From a virus (Duplodnaviria; Caudoviricetes), in the IMG/VR virus record IMGVR_UViG_3300045557_000076, positions 1-26,769 of that record: a stretch of 26,769 nt of DNA. One strand, given 5' to 3'. A program made the translations under genes and the position numbers. Below the pieces are notes generated by a model. That model worked only from the letters and a program-made list of their open reading frames with translations. It made no database searches and was not told where the DNA came from. Shown piece by piece: positions 7,222 to 15,363 of the stretch (its first letter is position 1; each line of letters begins with the position of its first letter).

Positions 7222-8135
7222 GTGATGATGTGCAACAAGATGAACAGTGCAATGATAACCTACCAATACAAGTACAAAGCCCGCTCCCTGTTGATGTTGA
7301 AGGCTCTCTCCAGTGGTGGAATGATTATCAACGACTTACTAAGGAATTAATTGATGAATCGGACTATGATCCAGATGGGAAAAAAAAGAAATCTGCATGG
7401 AGAAAGTATGGAACTGCATTCCAGATCACAATCGAAAAAGTATCAAAGGAAATACTCCGAGATGACGATGGAAGGGTAATCACGGCTGAATGGGAAGTTG
7501 AGGCCATAGCAACGAACGGGCGTCGAATGCCAGGATATGGAGCCTGTAGTATCTGGGATAAAGCCCATGATGAAGATAAAAAAGATCCAAAAACAGGACG
7601 TGTAACCTGCCAAGGGCCATGTGATGGACGTAAACATTTCACACACCCCGAACATGATGTCCCCTCAACTGCGTATACAAGGGCGGTTAATCGTGCTATA
7701 GCAGACATGATCGGGGCTGGTGAAGTCAGTGCTGAAGAGATAGGACAATCCAAAGGGCCTGTTAAAACAGCAGATAATGGTAAAAAGACAATCAAAACCC
7801 GACAACGACCAGGCAATATCAAAGATGCCATGAAGGATAAAAAATCAGATAAAAATACAGTGCCAGATGGTGTTGATCCTGATAGTGTCCAGGATGCACA
7901 AATAACAACGAAAAAGGACGAACCGGAGACCGTGGATATGAGCGGCGTAAACCTCGAAACACTACTTGGCATTAATAAGAACCTGGACAGCTGGATAAAA
8001 ACCTGCCATGAACGGGACGAACCCAAAACAGAGAAACAAGTTTGTGCATGGTGTGAAGGTCTCCTCGATGATAAAAAACTCACTATGGAAGAGTTTAAAC
8101 AAGTACGACGAGCACTAGGACACGATGTGAAATAA
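7218..8135 (+). CDS. Putative single-strand annealing protein (Rad52/ERF/RecT-like)
   Basis: KKSAWRK, GYGACS, STAYTRAVNRAIADMIGAGEVSAEEI followed by a disordered linker and small C-terminal domain, the usual architecture of phage annealases. Confidence 0.6.
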   Translation: MSDDVQQDEQCNDNLPIQVQSPLPVDVEGSLQWWNDYQRLTKELIDESDYDPDGKKKKSAWRKYGTAFQITIEKVSKEILRDDDGRVITAEWEVEAIATNGRRMPGYGACSIWDKAHDEDKKDPKTGRVTCQGPCDGRKHFTHPEHDVPSTAYTRAVNRAIADMIGAGEVSAEEIGQSKGPVKTADNGKKTIKTRQRPGNIKDAMKDKKSDKNTVPDGVDPDSVQDAQITTKKDEPETVDMSGVNLETLLGINKNLDSWIKTCHERDEPKTEKQVCAWCEGLLDDKKLTMEEFKQVRRALGHDVK

Positions 8136-8149
8136 TGGGAGTGATTTAA

Positions 8150-8449
8150 ATGAGCTACGAAACACCCCTGGATGTCATGCTTGGACTATATGGTAAACTA
8201 CTCAAAACAAGGGATAAACAGGTAAACACCCTTGCAGAAATAGAGCTACAACTAAAACTATTAGAATACGATAGTGACGATGTTTCCTTTGAATTGGAGG
8301 AAGATTTAAAGAAAAAAAGAGACGAATACAAAACCAAATTAAAGAAGACCGAAAAACAGCTTGAACTATTGCAAAGAAAACGTGATGGTGGGGCTTCCCT
8401 GGACAACTTCCTCGACACCGGAAAAGCAAAAATAGAAGACACAGACTAA
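8150..8449 (+). CDS. Small coiled-coil protein preceding MCM
   Basis: GGAGTGA SD; heptad-rich. Confidence 0.75.
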   Translation: MSYETPLDVMLGLYGKLLKTRDKQVNTLAEIELQLKLLEYDSDDVSFELEEDLKKKRDEYKTKLKKTEKQLELLQRKRDGGASLDNFLDTGKAKIEDTD

Positions 8450-8454
8450 AGGGG

Positions 8455-10440
8455 GTGGACAACTTTAACACAACCCCCACCCCTGATAAAGACTTATCAA
8501 TAAAAGGGGCTTTAGAAATCTTCTTGGAACTGTACCACAAAGAAGAAGTACAGCAACTCCGAGAAGAAGATAAATTAAGCTCCTTAGTTATTGATTTTTA
8601 TGAACTAGATGGTTTCCTCAGAGGAAACACTAAATCGGATTTTATTGGTTCAGTACAGGGTATATTTTCAGACTTAAAAGGGATCTTAAATAAGGGCTTA
8701 GGCCAGGGTAAGATAGATCCAATTATTTCCTCTGTTCCATATACTGTAATGCTCAAAGATTTAGACTCCGAACACATTGGAGAATATATCTCCACAGCAG
8801 CCATGATTAAAAACATAACTCCAGTTAAAACTCGAATTAAAAAGGCCGTCTTTGAATGCAGAACATGTCTAAGATTACACCACACCTCCCAGGATAAACC
8901 CACCTTATCAGAACCGGGCCTCTGCATGGAGTGTGGAGGGAAATCATTTAAATTAGTTACCGGAAGCAGCGAATTTACTAATTATAGATATGTTAAACTG
9001 GAAGAACCCTTGGAGCTGCGGAAGTTTGGGGCTACAAGGGAATTTATAGCATATATTGAAGGGGACCTGGCAAGTCCTGGGCAAAACCTCAAACCTGGTG
9101 ATGTGGTAGATGTCAGTGGCTATTTTGATGTGGTGCATAATGTAAAGAGTAAGGAATGGCAGTTTATACTTAATGCTAACAATCTTAAACCTTTAAACTC
9201 TACTTTTGAGGATATTGAACTCTCTGAAGATGATGTAAATGAGATACTTGACCTATCCCAAAAGAGGGATATTTTCAAGGTTTTAATCAACAGCGTGGCA
9301 CCCGCCACGTATGGTTATGATGAAATCAAATCAGGAATAGTTTTACAATTATTTGAAGGATGCCATAGTAATGACGAAGAAAACAGCCGTTGGATAATCC
9401 ACATACTTATTATTGGAGACCCAGGGATAGGTAAATCAAAGACACTCCAGGAAGTTTCTAACCTGGCACCAAAGGGGATCTATGTCAGCGGTGCCGGTGC
9501 CACTGATGTCGGTCTAACTGCCAGTGCCGTAAAAGACGAACTAACAGGTAAATGGGCTATGGAGGCTGGGGCAATAGTCCTGGCAGATAGTGGAGTGCTC
9601 TGTATAGATGAGTTCGATAAACTCCGAAAACACACCATGAAGTCATTGAATGAACCCATGGAGCAATTAACCGTCACCACTGCTAAAGCGGGACTGGTTC
9701 AGACTATGACCGCTAGAACATCAATCTTAGCAGCAGCTAACCCAAAGTATAGTCGGTTTGACCGGTACAAAAGCATCAAAGAACAGATAGATATTCCAGA
9801 ATCAACCCTGAGCCGTTTCGACCTGGTATATGCTATGGAAGACCATATCGATCAAAAAGAAGATGCTAGTCTAGCAGGGAAGATCCTAGATCATGACTAT
9901 CAAATCGAAGACCTAGAACGGTTGGATCCGGAGATGTTGAAAAAATATGTCGCTTATGCAAAGCGTGAGATCCATCCACATCTGACTGATGAGGCGAAAA
10001 AGATCATAGTTGATTTTTATGTACGGACTCGCCAGGCTGCCGCTGAAAATCCCGATAGTAAACCAATTACTCCACGTGATTTAGAGGCTATTGAGCGTTT
10101 AGGTATTGCTAGGGCGAAGGTAGAGCTTCGTGAGTATGTTACCCTTGATGATGCTAAGTGTGCTATTGATATTTTCCGTAATGCCCTTAAGACGGTGGGT
10201 TTGGAGCCTGAAACCGCCGGTAGTATCCGGGGTGTTAGGAGTGATAAGGAGCTTAAACAGTTGAGTAAAGCTGAGGCTTTAGTTCGTAAATATGTTGATA
10301 TGTATGGTGTTAATATCCCAAATGCTGCGGTTAATGATGTTAAGGATGAGATAAGGGTTCATTGTGGTGTTACATGGGATATGGTGGATGAGATTTATGA
10401 TGAAGTTTTCAATAATATTCTTAGTGGTGATGAGTATTAA
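8455..10440 (+). CDS. mcm: MCM replicative helicase (viral copy)
   Basis: Zn finger CRTC...CMEC, Walker A GDPGIGKS, GLTASAVKD, EAGAIVLADSGVLCIDEFDK, AAANP, arginine finger SRFD, sensor-2 ITPRDLE; no intein. Confidence 0.97.
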   Translation: MDNFNTTPTPDKDLSIKGALEIFLELYHKEEVQQLREEDKLSSLVIDFYELDGFLRGNTKSDFIGSVQGIFSDLKGILNKGLGQGKIDPIISSVPYTVMLKDLDSEHIGEYISTAAMIKNITPVKTRIKKAVFECRTCLRLHHTSQDKPTLSEPGLCMECGGKSFKLVTGSSEFTNYRYVKLEEPLELRKFGATREFIAYIEGDLASPGQNLKPGDVVDVSGYFDVVHNVKSKEWQFILNANNLKPLNSTFEDIELSEDDVNEILDLSQKRDIFKVLINSVAPATYGYDEIKSGIVLQLFEGCHSNDEENSRWIIHILIIGDPGIGKSKTLQEVSNLAPKGIYVSGAGATDVGLTASAVKDELTGKWAMEAGAIVLADSGVLCIDEFDKLRKHTMKSLNEPMEQLTVTTAKAGLVQTMTARTSILAAANPKYSRFDRYKSIKEQIDIPESTLSRFDLVYAMEDHIDQKEDASLAGKILDHDYQIEDLERLDPEMLKKYVAYAKREIHPHLTDEAKKIIVDFYVRTRQAAAENPDSKPITPRDLEAIERLGIARAKVELREYVTLDDAKCAIDIFRNALKTVGLEPETAGSIRGVRSDKELKQLSKAEALVRKYVDMYGVNIPNAAVNDVKDEIRVHCGVTWDMVDEIYDEVFNNILSGDEY

Positions 10441-10477
10441 CAGAAAAAAAAGTCTCTATAGAGAATTTCTGAAAGCG

Positions 10478-10519
10478 TACGTATCTACGTATTGTACGTA
10501 CTGTATGGTACAATACGTA
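10478..10519. repeat. Cluster of four TACGTA palindromes containing a perfect 12-bp inverted repeat
   Basis: TACGTA at 10478, 10486, 10495, 10514; TACGTATTGTAC 10486-10497 / GTACAATACGTA 10508-10519. Confidence 0.8.
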
Positions 10520-10565
10520 TGGGGGGTTTCAAATTCCTTTAGACATCAAATTTGAGGTAATAAAA

Positions 10566-11087
10566 ATGGATAAAAAAGTAGGAAAAAAATCACATCTAAC
10601 ATTATCGATAGACGACACCGTCCTAAAAGTTGCAAAGAAGAAAATATCAAACATAAGCCAAACCACCGAAGACATGCTCAAAGTCCTAATCGACCTTGAA
10701 AACGCCAACGAAACAAAGATAGTCCAAGAAATAGCAGAAACAGAGGAAGAAATCAAAAGAGGCCATGGAAAATTATTAGTTCTCAGGGATCAACTCGAAA
10801 AAGTCAGAAACGAAACACGATACAACATGCAAGAAACCGAAAACAACCGAGCCTGGAGAATGGCATTCAACACCTATAAAGGCAATGATAAAATGGTAGA
10901 TGAGCCATTAACACAAAAAGCAAGCCAAGTTTTAGGAGTAGAATATGATAATCTGGTTGAATTGATGGATGAAGTGTTGCATGAGGTTTGGAACAGGAAT
11001 CCTGAAACTATGAGTATTGATGATGCTCAAATATGGGAAAATGTTAAAAAGAAATTTGCACGGTGGATAAAATGGACGAAAGAGTAA
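10566..11087 (+). CDS. Ribbon-helix-helix (CcdA/CopG-like) DNA-binding protein with coiled coil
   Basis: KSHLTLSIDDTVLKVAKKKISNISQTTEDML fits the RHH pattern; GAGGT SD. Confidence 0.7.
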   Translation: MDKKVGKKSHLTLSIDDTVLKVAKKKISNISQTTEDMLKVLIDLENANETKIVQEIAETEEEIKRGHGKLLVLRDQLEKVRNETRYNMQETENNRAWRMAFNTYKGNDKMVDEPLTQKASQVLGVEYDNLVELMDEVLHEVWNRNPETMSIDDAQIWENVKKKFARWIKWTKE

Positions 11088-11659
11088 GAATGGGTACAAT
11101 TGTTGGAACTATTTTAAATGAATTTAAAAATCAACATTCAAAACATTTAGATGAAAAATGCAGCTGGGAAGTTGATTTTTTATTAAGATATTTAGATAGA
11201 GAAAAAATAATTGGTGTAGATTATAATGTGGCTCTTGAATCATTACAAAGAGCGCATTTTAATAATGCTTTCCCAGATCATTTTAAATTAATAGAAAAAG
11301 ACGAAGAACTAATTTTGGTTTGGGATCCTACTGAAAAAATTCTAATAACAAATCAGAGTAAATCTAAATCTTATGTCTATTTTATTTCTTCAAGCGATGG
11401 CTATGTCAAAATAGGTTCATCAACTAATCCTGAAGCTCGTTTAAAGAATCTACAAACAGCAACACATCATCTTTTACAACTTGTTCATGTGATTCCAGGT
11501 AATGAAAATATTGAAAAATATTTGCATCGTTTATTTGTATCTGATCATGTAAGGGGTGAATGGTTTAAGTTTTCTGAGGTTATTATGGATTTTATTAAGT
11601 TTAATTTTGTTTCTAATAAAAAAGAAGTTCCTTCAAGTTTGGAGGCGTTTTTTGAATAA
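11063..11659 (+). CDS. GIY-YIG nuclease-family protein (T5orf172/MUG113-like)
   Basis: YVYFI...YVKIGSSTNPEARLKNLQT...E..LH..F...RGEWF; visibly AT-richer than neighbouring genes. Confidence 0.85.
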   Translation: MDKMDERVRMGTIVGTILNEFKNQHSKHLDEKCSWEVDFLLRYLDREKIIGVDYNVALESLQRAHFNNAFPDHFKLIEKDEELILVWDPTEKILITNQSKSKSYVYFISSSDGYVKIGSSTNPEARLKNLQTATHHLLQLVHVIPGNENIEKYLHRLFVSDHVRGEWFKFSEVIMDFIKFNFVSNKKEVPSSLEAFFE

Positions 11660-11715
11660 AGATTTTTTGATGAAACTTTTTCTAAAAGTTTCTGTGAATT
11701 AAAAAGGTGAAAAAG

Positions 11716-11913
11716 ATGTCTAAATACGATGACCTTGCAAACCGCCACGGCGTCCAGTTGGAACCATTTACAGGGGGTTACCTGGACTTGTACGGCTCAG
11801 GGGGATTGAGTGTCCTTGAACGGTTCATATGTGAGAATCCAGGGGTACGGGTGATATCCACGTTGGAGTTGGAGAAATGGGTACACAGGGATAGGCAGGT
11901 TACTCTTATATAA
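11716..11913 (+). CDS. Small hypothetical protein
   Basis: AGGTGA SD before ATG 11716. Confidence 0.6.
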   Translation: MSKYDDLANRHGVQLEPFTGGYLDLYGSGGLSVLERFICENPGVRVISTLELEKWVHRDRQVTLI

Positions 11914-11937
11914 AAAAATGATTTTGAGGTGTAAAAA

Positions 11938-12060
11938 ATGGTTGAAAAAAGGACAATTGTATGTAATAAATGTGGAAAAGTATATCGAAAAGAGTTCTAT
12001 GAAGGGGATAGGTATCAAATAGAATGTGATTGTGGAAACACCATTAAAGGAAATTTGTAA
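11938..12060 (+). CDS. 40-aa zinc-ribbon micro-protein (not in ORF track)
   Basis: GAGGTG SD; MVEKRTIVCNKCGKVYRKEFYEGDRYQIECDCGNTIKGNL. Confidence 0.7.
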   Translation: MVEKRTIVCNKCGKVYRKEFYEGDRYQIECDCGNTIKGNL

Positions 12061-12084
12061 ACAATTGAATGAAGGTGAGGACTG

Positions 12085-12372
12085 ATGTCTAAAGATGAGA
12101 TAACTGATATTAATGGAGAAACCATCACAAAAATTAATGATTTGACAATAGAAGAAATAAAAGAAAAAATATTCAAATTTACGGGCAGTCCCGTTTCAGT
12201 ATTTGATAATGAATTTGTCTATGGCTTTGAATCAATTATGGAACAATATTTTGTATCTTTGGAAGAGTTAGAATATCTTAAACACGTGGAAATAGAATGT
12301 GAGGACATAGTACTCGAAATTAAAGAATGTAAATTACGTTTAAGTGCGTGCTGGTATTGGGGTGAGGACTGA
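12085..12372 (+). CDS. Acidic hypothetical protein
   Basis: GGTGAGG SD, coupled to next gene. Confidence 0.7.
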   Translation: MSKDEITDINGETITKINDLTIEEIKEKIFKFTGSPVSVFDNEFVYGFESIMEQYFVSLEELEYLKHVEIECEDIVLEIKECKLRLSACWYWGED

Positions 12373-12527
12373 TGCCAGAATTATATTGTGCCTGCGGGAA
12401 TTTTTTAGGGGTTATATCAAATCCAGGAGATAAAACATTCAAATTTTGCCCAGATATTAACACAATACCTATTTATCAAATTTTTACGTGTGGTAAATGT
12501 GGGAAAATTTCAAAGGTGGAAATATGA
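12372..12527 (+). CDS. 51-aa zinc-ribbon micro-protein (not in ORF track)
   Basis: TGATG overlap; MPELYCACGNFLG...FTCGKCGKISKVEI. Confidence 0.7.
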   Translation: MPELYCACGNFLGVISNPGDKTFKFCPDINTIPIYQIFTCGKCGKISKVEI

Positions 12528-12961
12528 TTAGTGCTGAGTTTATCGAGATGAGCCGGGATTTACCCAAAGAAGTACAAGACCTTATCCCTGAAACAATTGA
12601 AACCCGATGGTGTGATGGGGAATGGCTTTATATGGGTGAAATTGACTCTCCAGACCTTATAATGCTAGGGGAAGTTAATTTAACTAATGATTTTGTAGAA
12701 CCATTTAAAGTCCCAAGGCAGGAAGATTTACAGGAAATCTATAAACAGGTTCAGGATTGTAACTTTGAATTTATGCTTTTAAGATTCAGAGAATACATAG
12801 ATAAAGGGATCTGGGATTATGGAACTGGAGATGGACAATGGGTTTGTTTTAACAATCAATGGCATATCACTGATTTTACTACCCTCTGGCTCTGTTTTGT
12901 CATGGAAATGTGCTATGGTAAACGGTGGGATACTGAAAAGAAAACGTGGACGGTGATATAA
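12524..12961 (+). CDS. Hypothetical phage protein
   Basis: ATGA overlap and AGGTGG SD; PRQEDLQ and LWLCFVM...GKRWD motifs. Confidence 0.75.
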   Translation: MISAEFIEMSRDLPKEVQDLIPETIETRWCDGEWLYMGEIDSPDLIMLGEVNLTNDFVEPFKVPRQEDLQEIYKQVQDCNFEFMLLRFREYIDKGIWDYGTGDGQWVCFNNQWHITDFTTLWLCFVMEMCYGKRWDTEKKTWTVI

Positions 12962-13164
12962 TGGATATGGATAATTTCTTTTGGTGCCGTGGGGATGGAT
13001 GTAATACTATTGATACTGACTTCAAATTCAAAAGAATCATACAATTTGAATTAATGGGACTTCCTTATGGCCTTTTTAGTAATTTTAGAGAATCTATACA
13101 ACAGAAATTAGAAGGATTCAATTTTTGTCAATTAATAAGAACTATAAATAAAGGGAATGGGTGA
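12961..13164 (+). CDS. Small hypothetical protein
   Basis: GGTGA SD, TAATG overlap. Confidence 0.5.
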   Translation: MDMDNFFWCRGDGCNTIDTDFKFKRIIQFELMGLPYGLFSNFRESIQQKLEGFNFCQLIRTINKGNG

Positions 13165-13612
13165 GTTTATGAGGGAAATAAAGTATCAAGCATACGTTAA
13201 AGATGGAGAATTTAAAGGGCAAATCTTACCAGTTGAAAGAATAGACTGGGATTTCGACACCGGACAAAGATTAGACATGGTTTATTTAGTTCCACCCGAA
13301 GGGCAATGTAACCATATTGAATTACACATCACCGATGTAGAATTAAGAGAGTACACAGGTCTTAAAGACGTTAATGGTGTGGAAATCTATGAGGGGGATG
13401 TTGTAGCAGTGAATAGACCAGAAGAAATAGTTAATATGGTTTGTAAATGGATTGTGGAGTTTGGATGCTTTATGTTCTGTTTTAAGCTTGATTCAAAACC
13501 AAAACTGATAGGTGGGGGCTGTCTTCATATAGATCAATTTGGAGAACCATATAACAAAAAATCAGCCGTCATAGGAAATATTTATGAGAATCCGGAGCTC
13601 CTGGAGGACTGA
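13157..13612 (+). CDS. YopX family protein
   Basis: MREIKYQAY, EYTGLKDVNGVEIYEGDVV, VIGNIYENPELL; start may be 13169. Confidence 0.92.
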   Translation: MGEFMREIKYQAYVKDGEFKGQILPVERIDWDFDTGQRLDMVYLVPPEGQCNHIELHITDVELREYTGLKDVNGVEIYEGDVVAVNRPEEIVNMVCKWIVEFGCFMFCFKLDSKPKLIGGGCLHIDQFGEPYNKKSAVIGNIYENPELLED

Positions 13613-13616
13613 AAAA

Positions 13617-13949
13617 ATGGGTTTATGGGATATAAGGATTGTTTTAGAAGATTATGGGGAAATAAAAGATCGTGATGAGTTTAGGGAAGAGTTAATCGCA
13701 CTATTTGAAGCGGACTTCCCAAAGATGAGATTCTATCAAATATCACCAAACATTACACAACATGAAAACAGCCCTTATAGGCAGTTAGAACTCCAATTAT
13801 TTGAAGTTAACAGTATGATAGTTCGAAACAAGGCACTACAAAAAACATATCCTAAACAGAAGGGGGGACTTTTGATTGCTTTAACTACCTTGAAACAGAT
13901 GAAACAAATGTTAGAAGAGCAATTGGGGATTATTGAAAAGGAGGACTGA
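13617..13949 (+). CDS. Hypothetical protein
   Basis: GGAGG SD before ATG 13617. Confidence 0.7.
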   Translation: MGLWDIRIVLEDYGEIKDRDEFREELIALFEADFPKMRFYQISPNITQHENSPYRQLELQLFEVNSMIVRNKALQKTYPKQKGGLLIALTTLKQMKQMLEEQLGIIEKED

Positions 13950-13953
13950 AATC

Positions 13954-14073
13954 ATGAAGTCTGTTAAACCGGAACGCCTCAACCACTCTCACGCATGTCC
14001 ACGATGCGGTGGCTTCCTCGCAGTCTTCGGACCCGCCAAGGATGATATGTGGCAGTGCACAAAGGGGGGTTAA
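13954..14073 (+). CDS. 39-aa zinc-ribbon-like micro-protein (not in ORF track)
   Basis: GGAGG SD; CPRCGG...WQCTKGG (fourth Cys absent). Confidence 0.55.
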   Translation: MKSVKPERLNHSHACPRCGGFLAVFGPAKDDMWQCTKGG

Positions 14074-14298
14074 ATGACCTTTAAACCAGAACACCTAGAC
14101 CCTAAAACTTACACCAAAGACCGTAACGAGGAAATCGCCAGGGATAATAACCGAATACTCCAGGAACTCTTAAAGGACGTTCCACAAGACCAGAAAGACC
14201 ACATAGTCACTATTAAGGTTAGGTGGGAAGGATTTCATGTTATCCTTCGTAATAAAGGATTAAAAATAGATGGAGAGGACGTAGGGGAAAGTGAATAA
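14074..14298 (+). CDS. Small hypothetical protein
   Basis: Directly follows upstream stop; G-run SD. Confidence 0.65.
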   Translation: MTFKPEHLDPKTYTKDRNEEIARDNNRILQELLKDVPQDQKDHIVTIKVRWEGFHVILRNKGLKIDGEDVGESE

Positions 14299-14866
14299 AA
14301 CATTACAGGTTATACAGGAAGCCCAGGATTATATGAGGGATAGGGCTTTCTTTAACAAACTATTTGGAGGCGAAAACGTGTTAGAAGATAAAATGGAAAG
14401 ATATGAAAAATATATTAAACCACTTTTAAAAACAGAGGGAAAAGTAACCGCTAAACAAATAAAAGCCGTTTGTGGATTCAACGGGTCAAACGTTTACGGT
14501 TATCTGAATGAATTAATAGATAAAGGCCTTTTAATAAAAGAAGCCGACCCGAAGGATGGGAGAAAATCCTATTACAAACTACCAGGTACAAATTCAGACC
14601 GTGAACCTGCAGTTGCAGATCCTGATGAAAAAAGAGGCCATGGAAGAGCATACGCAGAACCCGAACCTGAAACTTTCTCCACTGGAACTCCAAACATCAC
14701 ACTACCAAGAAGTGAACCAGCCCAATCAGAGGACGCCTGCAGTCGATTAAAAACAATAATACTCCATGATATGATGGACACCAACGACAGGGGTAACTGT
14801 ATAAAATTACACATATACCTTTTAAGGGCTATTCAAATTCACACAGCAGAAGAAGAGGAAGAATAA
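14291..14866 (+). CDS. Winged helix-turn-helix (MarR/TrmB-like) DNA-binding protein
   Basis: EGKVTAKQIKAVCGFNGSNVYGYLNELIDKGLLIKEADPKDGRKSYYKL. Confidence 0.85.
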   Translation: MNKTLQVIQEAQDYMRDRAFFNKLFGGENVLEDKMERYEKYIKPLLKTEGKVTAKQIKAVCGFNGSNVYGYLNELIDKGLLIKEADPKDGRKSYYKLPGTNSDREPAVADPDEKRGHGRAYAEPEPETFSTGTPNITLPRSEPAQSEDACSRLKTIILHDMMDTNDRGNCIKLHIYLLRAIQIHTAEEEEE

Positions 14867-14867
14867 A

Positions 14868-15302
14868 CTGGGAGAATTTTGTAAAGGAAGTGGTCCAATA
14901 ATTAACATACAAGAAGATCCAGGCCGGCCTATAAGTAAGCTGTTAAAACAATACCAAACCCCGCAAAAAGGGGAAGCTGACACCACACGGCAATATACAA
15001 AAAAAGAACAACGCTTATACGAACGTTTAAGATACGCCGACTATGTTGGTGAGCAATTAAATGTTAAACACTTAAAACAACGTATAAGGTATATCATCGT
15101 AAAACAACAACGATTAAAAGATTTATGCCCCCGGTGCCAATGGGAAACTATTATCACAGCTATTGTTTATTATGTGAAATGTCATTATAATACTGATTGC
15201 AGGCCCTATCATGTTGGAAGGTACAGGATATGTAAGGAAAACGGTTTAACATTACAGATTTATTCAACGGTCTTAACACGCCTTAAACTGGTAAAGGAGT
15301 AA
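14868..15302 (+). CDS. 144-codon ORF with probable CTG start; TFB/TFIIB cyclin-repeat-like (not in ORF track)
   Basis: Open frame exactly filling the gap; GAGG 9 nt upstream of CTG; RLRYADYVGEQLNV..QRIRYII..ETIITAIVYYVKC..P..ICKENGLT..YSTVLTRL resembles a TFB core repeat by eye. Confidence 0.65.
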   Translation: MGEFCKGSGPIINIQEDPGRPISKLLKQYQTPQKGEADTTRQYTKKEQRLYERLRYADYVGEQLNVKHLKQRIRYIIVKQQRLKDLCPRCQWETIITAIVYYVKCHYNTDCRPYHVGRYRICKENGLTLQIYSTVLTRLKLVKE

Positions 15303-15312
15303 TAATAAGCCG

Positions 15313-15339
15313 TGTCCCATGTATGTCCCATATATATAG
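15313..15339 (+). promoter_or_regulatory. Candidate late promoter: TGTCCCAT x2 (11-bp period) abutting TATATATA
   Basis: TGTCCCAT at 15313-15320 and 15324-15331, then ATATATAG; ATG 15364 lies about 25 nt downstream. Confidence 0.6.
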
Positions 15340-15363
15340 TAAGAGAGAATAACTCCCAAAGAA

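Noticed and set aside
7364-8083. Long antisense ORFs (also 1438-1860, 5518-5919, 21233-21784 and others)
   Set aside because: Ser/Phe-rich shadows of well-supported plus-strand genes
10478-10519. Repeat cluster as a mini-CRISPR
   Set aside because: Units are 6 bp with no spacers; no cas genes or repeat-spacer array seen in the window
10566-11659. CcdA-like plus nuclease pair as a toxin-antitoxin system
   Set aside because: The RHH protein is long with extra domains, and T5orf172-type GIY-YIG proteins are common stand-alone phage genes; no recognised toxin family
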